The notes: generated from the sequence alone by a model not told the origin. DNA of 64,000 bases from Fibrobacteria bacterium (GCA_050294405.1 JBNKOC010000007.1:96001-160000); one strand, 5' to 3'. Shown: positions 9,305 to 20,448, counted from the stretch's first letter. A program made the numbers and translations.

Positions 9305-10627
9305 TTGGAGAACAACATGTTTTTTTTATCCTTAAAGGGACATTTAAAATTTTGCAAATATTTCGGCCTCATATCTTATCTGACCGCTAGTATTTATTCC
9401 AGCCCACCGCAACCAAAATCTGAGTGGAATCCCGGCGAAAGTCCGCAACAAATAGATATAGCAGCGGCTTTGGAGTTGGCTTATAAACATAATCCCAAAC
9501 TTCAGGCAATGGCTCTGGAATATTACAGACTGGATAAGATAAAAGAGCAGGAAGGAAAATCCAGTAATCCAAATTTTGAATCGAAGTTTGAAAATTTTCT
9601 GGGAAGCAATGAGTTTTCCGGTTATCAAAACATGGAAGCCAGCGCCTCCATTAACCAGGAAATAGATTTAGGCGGGAAAATCCACAAGAAACAAAAAATC
9701 GCCGAAGCTCATAAAAATATTTCTGACATGGAATACCAAAAAGAAAAACGCCAACTTCGTTATACAGTACTTGGCCATTACATAAGGATATTGGCCTTGC
9801 AAGAAAGAGTAAAACTTTTGGAACAAGCCTATGGAGTTCAGCAACATATTTTAAAAGAATCGGAAAAACGCTTTGAAGCCGGAATGGTTTCCAAATCAGA
9901 AGTGTTAAGGGGACAAATTGAGCTATCCCTTATACATTCCCAAATAGACGAAACCAAATTTGAATTATCTAAAAAAAACAATGAATTGGGAAGCCTATGG
10001 GGATCCAACACAGAAAGTTTTACCCTAGCTAAGGGAAATTTAATTCAGAATCTACCCCAATTTCCCGAAAATCTGGCGGCCGATTCCAAGTACAACAATA
10101 TGGACTTGCAAAAATTGCTAGCGGAAGAAAAACTATATGAAACAAAAATGGAATTCGCTAAAGCGCAAACAATCCCAAATCTGGAAATAGAAATTGGGGG
10201 CAAACGGGATTTTGGATCGGAAAGCAATGCGCTAGAGCTATCTCTCAGCCTTCCCCTTCCCGTTTGGAACCAATATTCAAAATCCGTGGATGCAGTCCAA
10301 CTAAAAATAAAACAAATACAAAGGGAAAAAATTGCCACAAGGCTGTCCATTGAAACCCATATTAACAGCCTTTATAAGGCTGTTTCCTATCACAAAGAAA
10401 GTATCCACCATTTGTCCGAAGAAATTATTCCCAACGCCATTGTGAGTGATTCAACAGCTCAAGAGGCTTACATGGCCGGAAAGGTAAGTCAAATGGATCT
10501 TCTGGATAACCAACGCATTATTTTACATGTAAAAAAAGAACTTATTGAAAATTACAAAATGTTATACCTGGTATACTCCGAATTAGAATTACTCAGCGGA
10601 ACAACCATTATTGAATTTAAAAATTAG
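9305..10627 (+). CDS. czcC: Heavy-metal RND efflux outer-membrane factor (TolC family); start may be ATG 9317
   Basis: AYKHNPKL, QEIDLGGK, LSLPLPVWNQ, AYMAGKVSQMDLLD; operon order C-B-A. Confidence 0.82.
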   Translation: MENNMFFLSLKGHLKFCKYFGLISYLTASIYSSPPQPKSEWNPGESPQQIDIAAALELAYKHNPKLQAMALEYYRLDKIKEQEGKSSNPNFESKFENFLGSNEFSGYQNMEASASINQEIDLGGKIHKKQKIAEAHKNISDMEYQKEKRQLRYTVLGHYIRILALQERVKLLEQAYGVQQHILKESEKRFEAGMVSKSEVLRGQIELSLIHSQIDETKFELSKKNNELGSLWGSNTESFTLAKGNLIQNLPQFPENLAADSKYNNMDLQKLLAEEKLYETKMEFAKAQTIPNLEIEIGGKRDFGSESNALELSLSLPLPVWNQYSKSVDAVQLKIKQIQREKIATRLSIETHINSLYKAVSYHKESIHHLSEEIIPNAIVSDSTAQEAYMAGKVSQMDLLDNQRIILHVKKELIENYKMLYLVYSELELLSGTTIIEFKN

Positions 10628-10636
10628 GAAGCAACA

Positions 10637-11632
10637 ATGATCAAGCACAAGCAAATTGCATTAATAGGGATTACCATTGTAATCGGTTTGTTTTTTGGAA
10701 TAAAAATCTGGAATATGGAACCTGTTAAAATAGCCTCCGGCCACGACCACCATCATGGGGATGAAGAACATCACGAAGTGCATGGCAAACATCCGGAAGA
10801 TAAAGATCACGAAGCAGAACAGCTTGAACTTTCAGAAGAAGCCCTCAAAAAATCCGAAATAGAGTTTTCCATTGCGGGCCCACAACAAATTTCCAAAACC
10901 CTAACCTTACATGGAACCGTTATTCCCAATCAAAATAACCTGGCCCGAGTATCGCCTCGGTTTCCAGGAATAATAAAAAAAATGTATAAAAACTTAGGGG
11001 ATTATGTGCGTAAGGGTGATACTCTGGCCATAGTTGAAAGCAACGAAAGCCTTAGTCCCTACCCCTTATTGGCATATATTGGTGGCATTATTATTGAGAA
11101 AAACAGTACTTTGGGCGAATTTGCTGAAACACATGACCACTTATATACCATTGTAAATTTGCATACTGTCTGGATAGAATTTAATGTACATCGCGATGAT
11201 TTTGCCATGCTCAGTAAAGGGCAAAAAGTGTCCATCTATTTAGATGACAACAGCGAGCCCCAATACGGCAAGCTGGATTACCTCTCTCCTGTTGGAAACG
11301 AAGGTACCCAATCGGTAGTTGCCAGGGCTTCTATTTCCAACCCAAATAAAAATTGGACTTTAGGTCTTTATGTATATGGAAAGATTTCCATTGGCACAAG
11401 AGAAGTTAAAGTAGCCGTTTTACGGAATGCCATACAAACTGTAGAAAACAAAAAGTCTCTGTTTGTAAAAGAGGAAGGTAAAATAGAAATCAGGCAAGTG
11501 CACATAGGAAAAGAAGGTTTGGAGTTTGTGGAAATTCTTTCCGGCATAGAAGCTGGGGAACGTTATGCATCTGAAAACAGTTTTATTTTAAAAGCTGAAC
11601 ATGGAAAGTCTGAGGCCACCCATGAACATTAA
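10637..11632 (+). CDS. czcB: Heavy-metal RND efflux membrane fusion protein
   Basis: N-terminal TM, His-rich segment, VSPRFPGII, C-terminal SFILKAEHGKSEATHEH. Confidence 0.88.
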   Translation: MIKHKQIALIGITIVIGLFFGIKIWNMEPVKIASGHDHHHGDEEHHEVHGKHPEDKDHEAEQLELSEEALKKSEIEFSIAGPQQISKTLTLHGTVIPNQNNLARVSPRFPGIIKKMYKNLGDYVRKGDTLAIVESNESLSPYPLLAYIGGIIIEKNSTLGEFAETHDHLYTIVNLHTVWIEFNVHRDDFAMLSKGQKVSIYLDDNSEPQYGKLDYLSPVGNEGTQSVVARASISNPNKNWTLGLYVYGKISIGTREVKVAVLRNAIQTVENKKSLFVKEEGKIEIRQVHIGKEGLEFVEILSGIEAGERYASENSFILKAEHGKSEATHEH

Positions 11633-11662
11633 TATTTGCAACAGCACATTCTGGGGGCTTAC

Positions 11663-14600
11663 ATGCACAGTATAATCTCATTTTCCATTAAAAACCGCTG
11701 GCTGATTATTCTTGCCACCTTATGTATGGCCGCTCTTGGAGTCTACAATTTTAAAAATTTGCCTATAGACGCCGTACCGGATATTACTAATGTCCAGGTT
11801 CAAATTAACAGCGAAGCGGAGGGTTATTCGCCTTATGAAGTGGAGCAACGTATTACCTTCCCCATTGAAACAGCCATGGCGGGCATCCCTAAACTAAAAC
11901 AAACCCGCTCTTTGTCCCGTTACGGGCTATCCCAGGTCACCGTGATTTTTGAAGACGGAACCGATATTTATTTTGCCAGACAGTTAATAGCCGAACGTAT
12001 TCAGGATATCCGTGAAGCTTTGCCCGAAGCTGTGGAAACTTCAATGGGGCCAATTGCAACCGGACTGGGGGAAATTTATAGTTGGACTTTAGAAGCCGAC
12101 AGCACAGCTCTTACTAAAGAAGGGAAACCCTACAGCTCTGCAGACCTCAAAACCATTCAGGATTGGGTTGTAAAGCCTCAAATAAGAAACATTAAAGGGG
12201 TGACCGAGGTAAACTCCATTGGAGGATTTACCAAACAATTCCATGTGACTCCAGATCCCCACAAACTTATTTCATTCGGATTAAATTTTGGTGATGTTAT
12301 GCAAGCATTAATGGAAAACAACCAAAATATTGGGGCAGGTTACATTGAAAACAACGGCGAGCAATATATTGTAAGAGTTCCAGGACAGGTTTATGAAATT
12401 GAAGACATTAAAAACATCGTGATTAAAAATGAACAGGGGCTCCCCGTAAGCCTAAAAAGGGTGGCCAATGTATCTTTGGGCAAAGAACTAAGGACAGGAG
12501 CTGCAACCATAAATGGAAAAGAAGCGGTATTGGGCACCGCCTTTATGTTAATGGGAGAAAACAGCCGGGTGATTTCGCAAAAAGTCGACCAGGGTATACG
12601 ACAATTACAAAGTTCTCTGCCCAAAGGCGTCCATGCAAGCCCTGTGTACAACCGCACCCAATTAGTCGATAAGACCATCGCCACTGTTAAGAAAAATTTA
12701 GTAGAAGGCGCCGTTTTGGTAATCGTGGTTTTACTTTTATTCCTGGGAAATATCAGAGCCGCCTTGCTTACCGCCATGATAATTCCCCTATCCATGTTGT
12801 TTACAGTAACCGGCATGGTAAGCGGAAAAATTAGTGGAAATCTTATGAGCCTTGGCGCCATTGACTTTGGAATTATTGTGGATGGCGCAGTAATTATAGT
12901 TGAAAATTGTGTGCTGCAATTAACCCTGTCGCAAAAAAAATCTTCCCGAATATTAACTCTTGCTGAGAGGATTAAAATTACTATGGCCGCTACCAAAGAA
13001 ATGGTACGACCCAGCTTTTTTGGTGTTCTTATTATCATGGCAGTGTATTTACCTATCCTAACCCTGGTTGGTGTGGAGGGAAAGATGTTTCGGCCAATGG
13101 CTATCACAGTATTATTGGCTTTGACAGGAGCTTTAATTTTATCGGTTACCTTTATTCCAGCCTCCGTGGCCATTTTATTTAGGGGAAAAATTTCCGAAAA
13201 AGAAAATGCCACTATTAAGTTTTTGAAAAAAGGGTACCGACCATTGCTTCAATCGGCTTTAAGCAACAGGATATTTGTGCTAACCTTTGCTATTACCGTT
13301 GTTATTTTGGGCTTATTGTTAGCCACCAAAATGGGCCGCGAGTTTATACCTAAACTGGATGAAGGCGACATTGCTCTTCACGCTATGCGCATACCGGGAA
13401 CTTCTTTAAGCCAATCTGTGGAAATGGAAAAACTGGTGGAAAAAGAAATACTAACATTTCCGGAGGTAAAAAGAGTTTTTAGTAAAATAGGAACTCCTGA
13501 AATAGCTACCGACCCCATGCCCCCAAATGTTGCCGATTGCTTTGTGATGTTAAAGCCAAAAAAAGAATGGCCTAACCCAGACAAATACAAATCAGCCTTA
13601 ATTGAGGAAATTCAGGAGAAATTAAATTTATTGCCGGGGAATAATTATGAATTTACCCAACCCATTGAAATGCGCTTTAATGAACTTATTTCAGGAGTCA
13701 GAAGCGATGTTGCCGTAAAAATATTCGGAGACAATATGGATACCCTGATAAGCACCGCCAACAAGATAGCCGATAAACTACGACCCATAACTGGTGCTAG
13801 TGATGTGAAAGTAGAACAGGTCTCCGGCTTGCCTATGATTGAGGTAGAATTCAAACAGGTTTGGCTAGATAGATACGGGCTCAACCGCTCCGAAGTTCAA
13901 AACGCAGTTTCTCTGGCTATTGGAGGTGTTAAAGCCGGAGAGGTTTTTGAAGGAGACAAAAGGTTCGATATTATAGTGCGTCTTCCCGAAAACCTGAGAA
14001 ATAATTTGGAAAGTATCAAACAACTCCCCATTGCGATTCCCAATGCCAAACGCAATACCCACGAAAAAGAAGGCGTTCTTCCCAAATCTATCTCCTCCAA
14101 TTACCTGCCACTTTCGGCATTAGCAAACATAACATACAACCCAGGACCCAACCAGGTGAGCCGGGAAAATGGAAAGCGCCGGATTGTAGTAACTGCCAAT
14201 GTACGCAATAGGGATTTGGGAAGTTTTGTAAAAGAAGCCCAACTCCTTATTTCTAAAGAAAAATTACCCGAAGGCTACTGGATAACCTGGGGGGGACAAT
14301 TTGAAAATTTATTGGTAGCCAGCCAACGCCTAAAACTGGTCACTCCCCTGGCCCTCATGTTAATTATGCTGCTTTTATTTTTAAGTCTTGGTAGTTTTAA
14401 AGATTCACTTCTGGTTTTTTCGGGCATTCCCCTGGCTTTAACGGGTGGAATATTTTTACTTTGGCTTAGAGATATTCCTCTTTCCATATCTGCCAGTGTC
14501 GGTTTTATCGCCTTATCTGGGGTCGCCGTTTTAAACGGACTTGTGATGATAACCCGAATCCGTTCTTTATGTATAGAGGGAAAAGCTGTTGAAATGGCCA

Positions 14601-14818
14601 TTTTAGAAGGTCCAAGTTCCAGGCTAAGACCTGTGTTAATGACAGCATTGGTAGCTTCGCTTGGTTTTGTTCCTATGGCACTGAATACAGGTACCGGAAG
14701 CGAAGTGCAAAGGCCCCTTGCCACGGTGGTTATAGGTGGAATACTTTCTTCAACTATTTTAACTTTGTTTGTACTACCAGTCTTGTATAGTTTGGTGAAC
14801 AGGAAACGAGTGAATTAA
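11663..14818 (+). CDS. czcA: CusA/CzcA heavy-metal RND efflux pump (ATG 11663 preferred over ORF-track 11636)
   Basis: LPIDAVPDITNVQVQIN, GAIDFGIIVDGAVIIVEN, RLRPVLMTALVASLGFVPMA. Confidence 0.96.
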   Translation: MHSIISFSIKNRWLIILATLCMAALGVYNFKNLPIDAVPDITNVQVQINSEAEGYSPYEVEQRITFPIETAMAGIPKLKQTRSLSRYGLSQVTVIFEDGTDIYFARQLIAERIQDIREALPEAVETSMGPIATGLGEIYSWTLEADSTALTKEGKPYSSADLKTIQDWVVKPQIRNIKGVTEVNSIGGFTKQFHVTPDPHKLISFGLNFGDVMQALMENNQNIGAGYIENNGEQYIVRVPGQVYEIEDIKNIVIKNEQGLPVSLKRVANVSLGKELRTGAATINGKEAVLGTAFMLMGENSRVISQKVDQGIRQLQSSLPKGVHASPVYNRTQLVDKTIATVKKNLVEGAVLVIVVLLLFLGNIRAALLTAMIIPLSMLFTVTGMVSGKISGNLMSLGAIDFGIIVDGAVIIVENCVLQLTLSQKKSSRILTLAERIKITMAATKEMVRPSFFGVLIIMAVYLPILTLVGVEGKMFRPMAITVLLALTGALILSVTFIPASVAILFRGKISEKENATIKFLKKGYRPLLQSALSNRIFVLTFAITVVILGLLLATKMGREFIPKLDEGDIALHAMRIPGTSLSQSVEMEKLVEKEILTFPEVKRVFSKIGTPEIATDPMPPNVADCFVMLKPKKEWPNPDKYKSALIEEIQEKLNLLPGNNYEFTQPIEMRFNELISGVRSDVAVKIFGDNMDTLISTANKIADKLRPITGASDVKVEQVSGLPMIEVEFKQVWLDRYGLNRSEVQNAVSLAIGGVKAGEVFEGDKRFDIIVRLPENLRNNLESIKQLPIAIPNAKRNTHEKEGVLPKSISSNYLPLSALANITYNPGPNQVSRENGKRRIVVTANVRNRDLGSFVKEAQLLISKEKLPEGYWITWGGQFENLLVASQRLKLVTPLALMLIMLLLFLSLGSFKDSLLVFSGIPLALTGGIFLLWLRDIPLSISASVGFIALSGVAVLNGLVMITRIRSLCIEGKAVEMAILEGPSSRLRPVLMTALVASLGFVPMALNTGTGSEVQRPLATVVIGGILSSTILTLFVLPVLYSLVNRKRVN

Positions 14819-14883
14819 GAAAAAGTTTTCAGGAACTGCTTGCTCCTACTACTAATGTTGTCAATTAAATTACCCTTGTTAAG

Positions 14884-15453
14884 CTAGAAAATAGTTTTTA
14901 ATTGCTTTCTTAATTCCGGGATAGCGGTAGCTTCAAACCAGGGATTTTTCTTTAACCAAATATTATTTCTTGGCGAGGGATGAGGTAATGGGAAGTATTT
15001 AGGCAAGTATTCAAGGTAATTTTTTACAGTCTCGGTTAACGTCTGCTTAATTTTACTTTCTAAATAATACCTCTGAGCATAATTCCCAACCAAAATAATT
15101 AACTCCAAATTTTTGATTTGGTTCAATACTAAGTCATGCCACTTAGGGGCACATTCAGGCCTGGGAGCTAAATCGCCACTTTTTCCCCTACCCGGATAAC
15201 AAAAACCCATTGGCACTAATGCGAATAAATCTTTGTTATAAAAATCACTTTTCGAAACACCCAACCATGTCCTTAATCTATCACCGCTCTTATCATTCCA
15301 TGGAATTCCTGTTTTGTGAACAACACTTCCTGGCGCTTGGCCAATGATTATAACTTTACTGTTAGGACTCGCAGACACAACGGGATTTACCCCATGCTCT
15401 AAATGCGGCAAACAAATGGTGCATTTTTTTATTTCTGATAAAAGGAAGTCCAC
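14884..15453 (-). CDS. Uracil-DNA glycosylase superfamily protein
   Basis: IIGQAPG, PMGFCYPG, PLPHPSPRN. Confidence 0.88.
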   Translation of the reverse strand: MDFLLSEIKKCTICLPHLEHGVNPVVSASPNSKVIIIGQAPGSVVHKTGIPWNDKSGDRLRTWLGVSKSDFYNKDLFALVPMGFCYPGRGKSGDLAPRPECAPKWHDLVLNQIKNLELIILVGNYAQRYYLESKIKQTLTETVKNYLEYLPKYFPLPHPSPRNNIWLKKNPWFEATAIPELRKQLKTIF

Positions 15454-15504
15454 CTGTATTTCCTGAGATGTTTAAGTTTCTTAGTGTGGGTCTTTGTCCA
15501 TGTT

Positions 15505-15963
15505 TTATTTTTCCACAATCTCTTTGAGCTTATTTAATGCCTTCGGCCAAATTGCGTTAAAATAATCCAAGAAGTCTTCGGTAACATCGATTTCCACCGT
15601 TACCACTGTCGCCTCATCATTTTCTTGAAATGAATAGTTTTCTAACCCACCTACCCATTTTTCAACTTCTGGTCCCTCAGTAATTTCTTTTTCACCGTCT
15701 AAAAGACCATAATGACGGATAGAAACAAACTTATATGGAATGTTATCTGCAATTTCAGATACCATTCCACCCCGTTTGCCATTTTCATCCACTCCAATAA
15801 AATACATCTTTGAACCCTTTTCCCAGCTTCCTTCATAAGTTGAGGTTGGGTTGAATTCGAAGGTCCAATGCTTGTATGTTTCAATATCATTAATGCCAAG
15901 CATAGTATTGTAGACCTGCTCAGCAGATGCCTTAATGGCTTTTTTGAATTGTATTTTTTTCAT
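15505..15963 (-). CDS. SRPBCC (START-like) domain protein
   Basis: Typical TYKHWT..F..TS.YEGSWEKG and WPKALNKLKEIVE. Confidence 0.8.
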   Translation of the reverse strand: MKKIQFKKAIKASAEQVYNTMLGINDIETYKHWTFEFNPTSTYEGSWEKGSKMYFIGVDENGKRGGMVSEIADNIPYKFVSIRHYGLLDGEKEITEGPEVEKWVGGLENYSFQENDEATVVTVEIDVTEDFLDYFNAIWPKALNKLKEIVEK

Positions 15964-16224
15964 GGTATTTATTGGTTAAGGTTTGTGGCTAATTTAGTGA
16001 TTGCCTCTAATCATAACAAATAATTGGTTCCTTCATAAAGTAGTATAACTATTCCACATTTACAGCGAATTGATTTTGTTATTAGCCGTAAAATTTATTC
16101 CAAAATCGGCATGTGGGAGAACCGAAGTTTTTTTTAATCCAGTAAATATTGAGAAATTTATATTGGCATCCATTTCTTAAAAGGGGTATACTAATCGAGG
16201 AAAGCCTTTATTCCGGCTGTTAGT

Positions 16225-16590
16225 TTGAAACGAAAAATTCTAATTATAGATGACAATGCGGAACAACGCGAATTGCTTTCAATGGCATTGGGCTATCTTA
16301 AGGTTCTTACTTTCGAAGCTAAATCCGGCACAGAGGGCCTGGAAAAACTTAGGGAAGTCGATGTTGACTTAGTGTTAATGGATTTAGAAATGCCCCGGAT
16401 GAACGGTTTTGAAACCATTAAAAATATCCGACACATACTGGGGCTAAAAGACCTCCCAATTATGGTAGTATCTGGATCTGTGGACAGACCCTCCCTCCAG
16501 AAAGTCCTGGAATTGGGTATAACCGAAGTTCTGGTTAAACCCATAAAAATGGAGCTACTGGTTCAAAAAGTAAACCAGCTCCTTCACTAA
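16225..16590 (+). CDS. Stand-alone response regulator receiver (CheY-like)
   Basis: ILIIDD, LVLMDLEMPRMNG, VKP; the only plus-strand gene between 14.9 and 47 kb. Confidence 0.9.
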   Translation: MKRKILIIDDNAEQRELLSMALGYLKVLTFEAKSGTEGLEKLREVDVDLVLMDLEMPRMNGFETIKNIRHILGLKDLPIMVVSGSVDRPSLQKVLELGITEVLVKPIKMELLVQKVNQLLH

Positions 16591-16617
16591 AGCTAAAATG
16601 TTGAGATATTAAGAAGG

Positions 16618-17628
16618 TCAATCCTTCCTGCAAATTTCATTTACCAATGGGTTGCCTAAAAAATAGCTCTGAATATTCAATAAAGTTGTCTCAGCAATGC
16701 GTGTTAACGCCTCATGAGTTAAAAATGCCTGATGGGATGTAATTAGAACATTTGGAAATGTCATTAATCTTAAAATCAACTCGTCCTCTATAATACTCTC
16801 AGATAAGTCATTAAAAAACAAATTTTCCTCCTGTTCATATACATCTATACCCAAATAACCAATTTTTTTTAATTTCAACGCTTTTATCACATCATCTGTA
16901 TTTATTAACTTTCCCCTGCTGGTGTTGATGATCATCACGCCAGCCTTCATTAACAAAAAGGACTTTTCGTTTATAATATATTGGGTCTGAGAATTTAAAG
17001 GGCAATGTAATGAAATAATGTCAGATTTCTTATACAATTCTTCTAATGAGCAATAGTGTACCCCCATTTTTTTAACGTCATCTGATTCGGACACATCATA
17101 CGCTAAAACTTCACATCCGAACCCCAACATAATCCGGCAAAATGCTTTTCCAATTTGACCTGTTCCAATAACGCCTACAACCTTTTTGTAAAGATTAAAA
17201 CCAGTTAACCTATCAAGTGAAAAGTTGCATTCACGAATCCTATTATAAGCTTTATGGGTTTTTCGGTTTAGGGTTAAAACAAGGGCAACTGCGTGTTCTG
17301 CCACTGATTCGGGAGAATAAGAAGGAACTCTAACAATTTTTATATTGCGCGATTTCGCACTATCCAAATCAACATTATTAAAACCCGCACATCTTAACGC
17401 TACAACAGCGATATTTAATTCCGATAATTTTTCAATTACTTCTCTATCTAAAACATCGTTAACAAATATGCAGACTGCGTCAAAGCCCTTGGCTAATTCA
17501 ATTGTACTGGAATTTAATGAGGCTTCAAAATAAATAATTTGAAAATTATAGCGGTTATTTGCGGATTCCAAATATTCTTTATCATAGGGCTTCGAACTAA
17601 AGACCGCGATTTTCTTGAGTTTCTCCAT
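16618..17628 (-). CDS. ldhA: D-lactate dehydrogenase (D-2-hydroxyacid dehydrogenase)
   Basis: ALRCAGFNNVD, RVPSYSPESVAEHA, GTGQIG, INTSRG, DVYEQE, NVLITSHQAF. Confidence 0.92.
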   Translation of the reverse strand: MEKLKKIAVFSSKPYDKEYLESANNRYNFQIIYFEASLNSSTIELAKGFDAVCIFVNDVLDREVIEKLSELNIAVVALRCAGFNNVDLDSAKSRNIKIVRVPSYSPESVAEHAVALVLTLNRKTHKAYNRIRECNFSLDRLTGFNLYKKVVGVIGTGQIGKAFCRIMLGFGCEVLAYDVSESDDVKKMGVHYCSLEELYKKSDIISLHCPLNSQTQYIINEKSFLLMKAGVMIINTSRGKLINTDDVIKALKLKKIGYLGIDVYEQEENLFFNDLSESIIEDELILRLMTFPNVLITSHQAFLTHEALTRIAETTLLNIQSYFLGNPLVNEICRKD

Positions 17629-17693
17629 ATATCAGTAAATATAGAATTTTAGCCCATATTGCGTTTAAATTTGGATACCAGCCCCTTCAATAA

Positions 17694-18002
17694 CTATCCT
17701 ATTTTTTCTCCTTTTATCAGCAGCATTGTTTTTACCGATTCTTCTTTCAGATGAATAAAATTCAATCTCTCGCCATCGTTCATAAAATCCTGCAAATCCT
17801 GCTCAGAATCAAATGAAATAAAATGAATCTCATACGGTAATTCACTTTGGTGATTGTCAATAAAATTTTCTTTACTCGGTCTTACCCGGTAAATGATTTT
17901 TCCCTTGTACTTTTCCATCAATGGAATAGCAAAACTTTCGAATTCCAGAAAAATTTTTTCTTTCCCTTCTTTTACAAAGACCAATTGTGTTATGTAAATC
18001 AT
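17694..18002 (-). CDS. DUF1330-like dimeric alpha/beta-barrel protein
   Basis: FESFAIPLMEKYKGKI and PYEIHFISF pattern. Confidence 0.65.
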   Translation of the reverse strand: MIYITQLVFVKEGKEKIFLEFESFAIPLMEKYKGKIIYRVRPSKENFIDNHQSELPYEIHFISFDSEQDLQDFMNDGERLNFIHLKEESVKTMLLIKGEKIG

Positions 18003-18013
18003 TTTAAATAATC

Positions 18014-18625
18014 TTATTTCTTCCTGTTTTGTTTCCAGGATTTATAGTCCTTTTTAACATCCATTACTTTGAGTTTTTTCCATTCTTTAATCGCTTGTTC
18101 TCGGGTCGAGCCCTTTTCATTTTCCAAAAAATCGGAAAGGAAATTAATATAACGTCCTACCAGTATCTTTTCAAATTTGTCAGCTTGATTGAGTTTGATA
18201 AATCGATTAACCAAATCACCGTATGTTATTTTCTTTCCTTTTGTAATTTGTTCGTCCCGCCAACGGTTTAGCCTGTACCACACGCCCGATTTAACCTTTA
18301 ATTCAGGAACAAGTTTGTTTGCTTCGGTCTGAATAAAATTTTTTGTCCGTTTATTACTAGTGTAATTGACAACAGGAAGCGATGCAGTCAATCCTTTTTC
18401 AAGATCCTTTGTTCCTGTTTTTACAATATTCCTTCTTTCTGACTGTTTAACTTGCCCCGTCCTTATGTAGTGCTTAATAAGTTGCTCTAATTCATCTTTT
18501 CTAAGTTTGTTACTATTGGTAATTCCAATTTCTTTTGCGAAGGTTTTTATTTCGTCAGAAAACCAATAACCTTTATCGAATTCCTTTTCGGTTATACCTT
18601 TTACTAATTTGGTCACTTTTGCCAT
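18014..18625 (-). CDS. Conserved hypothetical protein (SAP-like/DUF6434-like)
   Basis: F..GYW...E.K.FAK.IGI, K.ELE..I..Y, YINFLSDF...AIKEWKKLK. Confidence 0.55.
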   Translation of the reverse strand: MAKVTKLVKGITEKEFDKGYWFSDEIKTFAKEIGITNSNKLRKDELEQLIKHYIRTGQVKQSERRNIVKTGTKDLEKGLTASLPVVNYTSNKRTKNFIQTEANKLVPELKVKSGVWYRLNRWRDEQITKGKKITYGDLVNRFIKLNQADKFEKILVGRYINFLSDFLENEKGSTREQAIKEWKKLKVMDVKKDYKSWKQNRKK

Positions 18626-18664
18626 TTTTGTTAGCTGTACTTTAAATTTGAATTCCAGCTCTTC

Positions 18665-19222
18665 CTATTGCTTTTCATTGTTTTTAAAAGGGGTACTTAT
18701 TAGCTCTCTATATGATTGAATAAATTTTCTTAATTCAGCTTCTGTTTTCTCGTCAGTTATTTTTCCCTCAAGAGAAGCTTTAGCTTTTATTCCTTGAATA
18801 AGTAGTGTTGTTTTATCCGTAAAATTGGCTTGTACGGTTTTCATAATTAGTTTTAGTTCTTCGTGGCCTTTTTTCCCATGAGCAGAGGCGGTTATTAGTC
18901 CAGTTGGCTTGTCAGAAAATACAGTTGTCGACACACACCATTCAATAATATTTTTTAGTCCGCTTGGAATACTGAAAACATATTCTGGAGTACAGATTAT
19001 AATTCCATCAGCCTTAAAGATTTTATTCCGAAAGTCAAAAACCTTGTCAGGCACATTTATATCGGTAAGTTCTGTCTTGAAATGTGGAAATTCAGTTAAA
19101 TCATCTATTATCTCAAAATCAAATTCGGACTTTTCTGATTCTGAAATAAATTTCAGTATCGATAAATTTCCTGAATTCTTGCTGGCACTTCCACATATCC
19201 CAATTATTTTCACCTGGTTCAT
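18665..19222 (-). CDS. NADPH-dependent FMN reductase
   Basis: GICGSAS..S.N, ADGIIICTPEYVFSIPSGLKN. Confidence 0.9.
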   Translation of the reverse strand: MNQVKIIGICGSASKNSGNLSILKFISESEKSEFDFEIIDDLTEFPHFKTELTDINVPDKVFDFRNKIFKADGIIICTPEYVFSIPSGLKNIIEWCVSTTVFSDKPTGLITASAHGKKGHEELKLIMKTVQANFTDKTTLLIQGIKAKASLEGKITDEKTEAELRKFIQSYRELISTPFKNNEKQ

Positions 19223-19297
19223 TTATAATTTCACTTACTTCCTTTTCAATATCAACACCTATTATTTTGGAATTATCAGTGCTTTCTTTTATTCATT

Positions 19298-19654
19298 TTA
19301 TTTTTTGCCCCATTTTGTTTCATTTTCTTTCACTCTGAATTTGACGACTTTTTTAATTAGATCATAAGGTATTGGTTTATCTAAAGAAAACTGCACAGAG
19401 CCTTTCCCCCGTTTGTAAACTGAAAGTTCCTTTTTAAATTTTTCGTGACCGGTTGGCGTTGCATAAAATCCTATATGATTTTTGTAGCCCGCAAAATAGA
19501 CCAATGGTTTTCCAAATGTTTTGTAAGCGGGCATACCATAGGCTATTTTCTCGTCTGCTTCAAGTGCAGTGTCTTTGATAATCTTGCGTATTTTTTGCAA
19601 AATTGTCTGCACCTCGTCTGGAAAGTCATTTATGTAGCTGTCTATTGGATCCAT
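19298..19654 (-). CDS. DUF1801 (YdhG-like) protein; probable start ATG 19654
   Basis: IDSYI..FP, EKIAYGMPAY, YFAGYKNHIGFY, KGSVQF. Confidence 0.85.
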   Translation of the reverse strand: MDPIDSYINDFPDEVQTILQKIRKIIKDTALEADEKIAYGMPAYKTFGKPLVYFAGYKNHIGFYATPTGHEKFKKELSVYKRGKGSVQFSLDKPIPYDLIKKVVKFRVKENETKWGKK

Positions 19655-19656
19655 AT

Positions 19657-20049
19657 TTATTTGTTCAATTGTGTTCCCACGGACCACATATTTCCGGCAA
19701 AATCCTTAAATGTTGCTCTCCTGTCTGGATCCCCTTCACGTTCTTCGGGTACTTTTAAAATTTCACACCCTGCTTTTACTGCTTTATTAAAAGTTTCCTC
19801 AACATTGGGAACATAAACATGCATAACCAAAGAAACCGGAGGAAACTTGTCGGAAGAATCGCCAAGCATAATCACGGAATCGTCAATTTGAATCTCAGCA
19901 TGCATAATTGTCCCATCTTCCTTATCATAACGCCTTAATTCCTTAGCATCAAAAATTTGTTTCATCAAATCGATAAATTTTTGAGCGCCGTTCACAATGA
20001 AATAAGGCGAAACTGAATTATACCCCATCGGTTTGAATTGTTTACCCAT
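19657..20049 (-). CDS. VOC/glyoxalase (PhnB-like) protein
   Basis: VSPYFIV, IMHAEIQIDDSVIML, FKDFAGNMW. Confidence 0.85.
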   Translation of the reverse strand: MGKQFKPMGYNSVSPYFIVNGAQKFIDLMKQIFDAKELRRYDKEDGTIMHAEIQIDDSVIMLGDSSDKFPPVSLVMHVYVPNVEETFNKAVKAGCEILKVPEEREGDPDRRATFKDFAGNMWSVGTQLNK

Positions 20050-20066
20050 ACTTTTTCCTTTTTTCC

Positions 20067-20438
20067 TTATGATTTTGCTGCCCTTAAAATCTTTTCCATT
20101 TTCCTGCCCTTCGCTAGTTCGTCCACCAACTTATCAAGGTACCTGATTTGTTTGGTGATTGGATTTTCAATTTCTTCTATCCTGTACCCGCATATCATTC
20201 CAGTTATCAAATTAGCATTGGGGTTTAACTTTGCTCTCTTGAAGAAGGTTTCAAAAGTCACTTTTTTGTCGATGAGTTCCTGCAGTTTTTTGTCATTGAA
20301 GCCGGTCAACCACTCTATGACTTGATGCAGCTCTTTCTTATTCCTGCCTTTTCTCTCAACTTTTGTAACATAGTGTGGATATACGGATGCAAAAGTCATT
20401 TTTGCCATTCGTTCATTGTGTTCGGCTGTCGTTTTCAT
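20067..20438 (-). CDS. DUF2200 family protein
   Basis: [33 protein letters not shown]. Confidence 0.88.
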   Translation of the reverse strand: MKTTAEHNERMAKMTFASVYPHYVTKVERKGRNKKELHQVIEWLTGFNDKKLQELIDKKVTFETFFKRAKLNPNANLITGMICGYRIEEIENPITKQIRYLDKLVDELAKGRKMEKILRAAKS

Positions 20439-20448
20439 GGGGTCTGTT

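Noticed and set aside
12391..14724. Long antisense ORFs within czcA
   Set aside because: Shadow frames of a well-conserved gene
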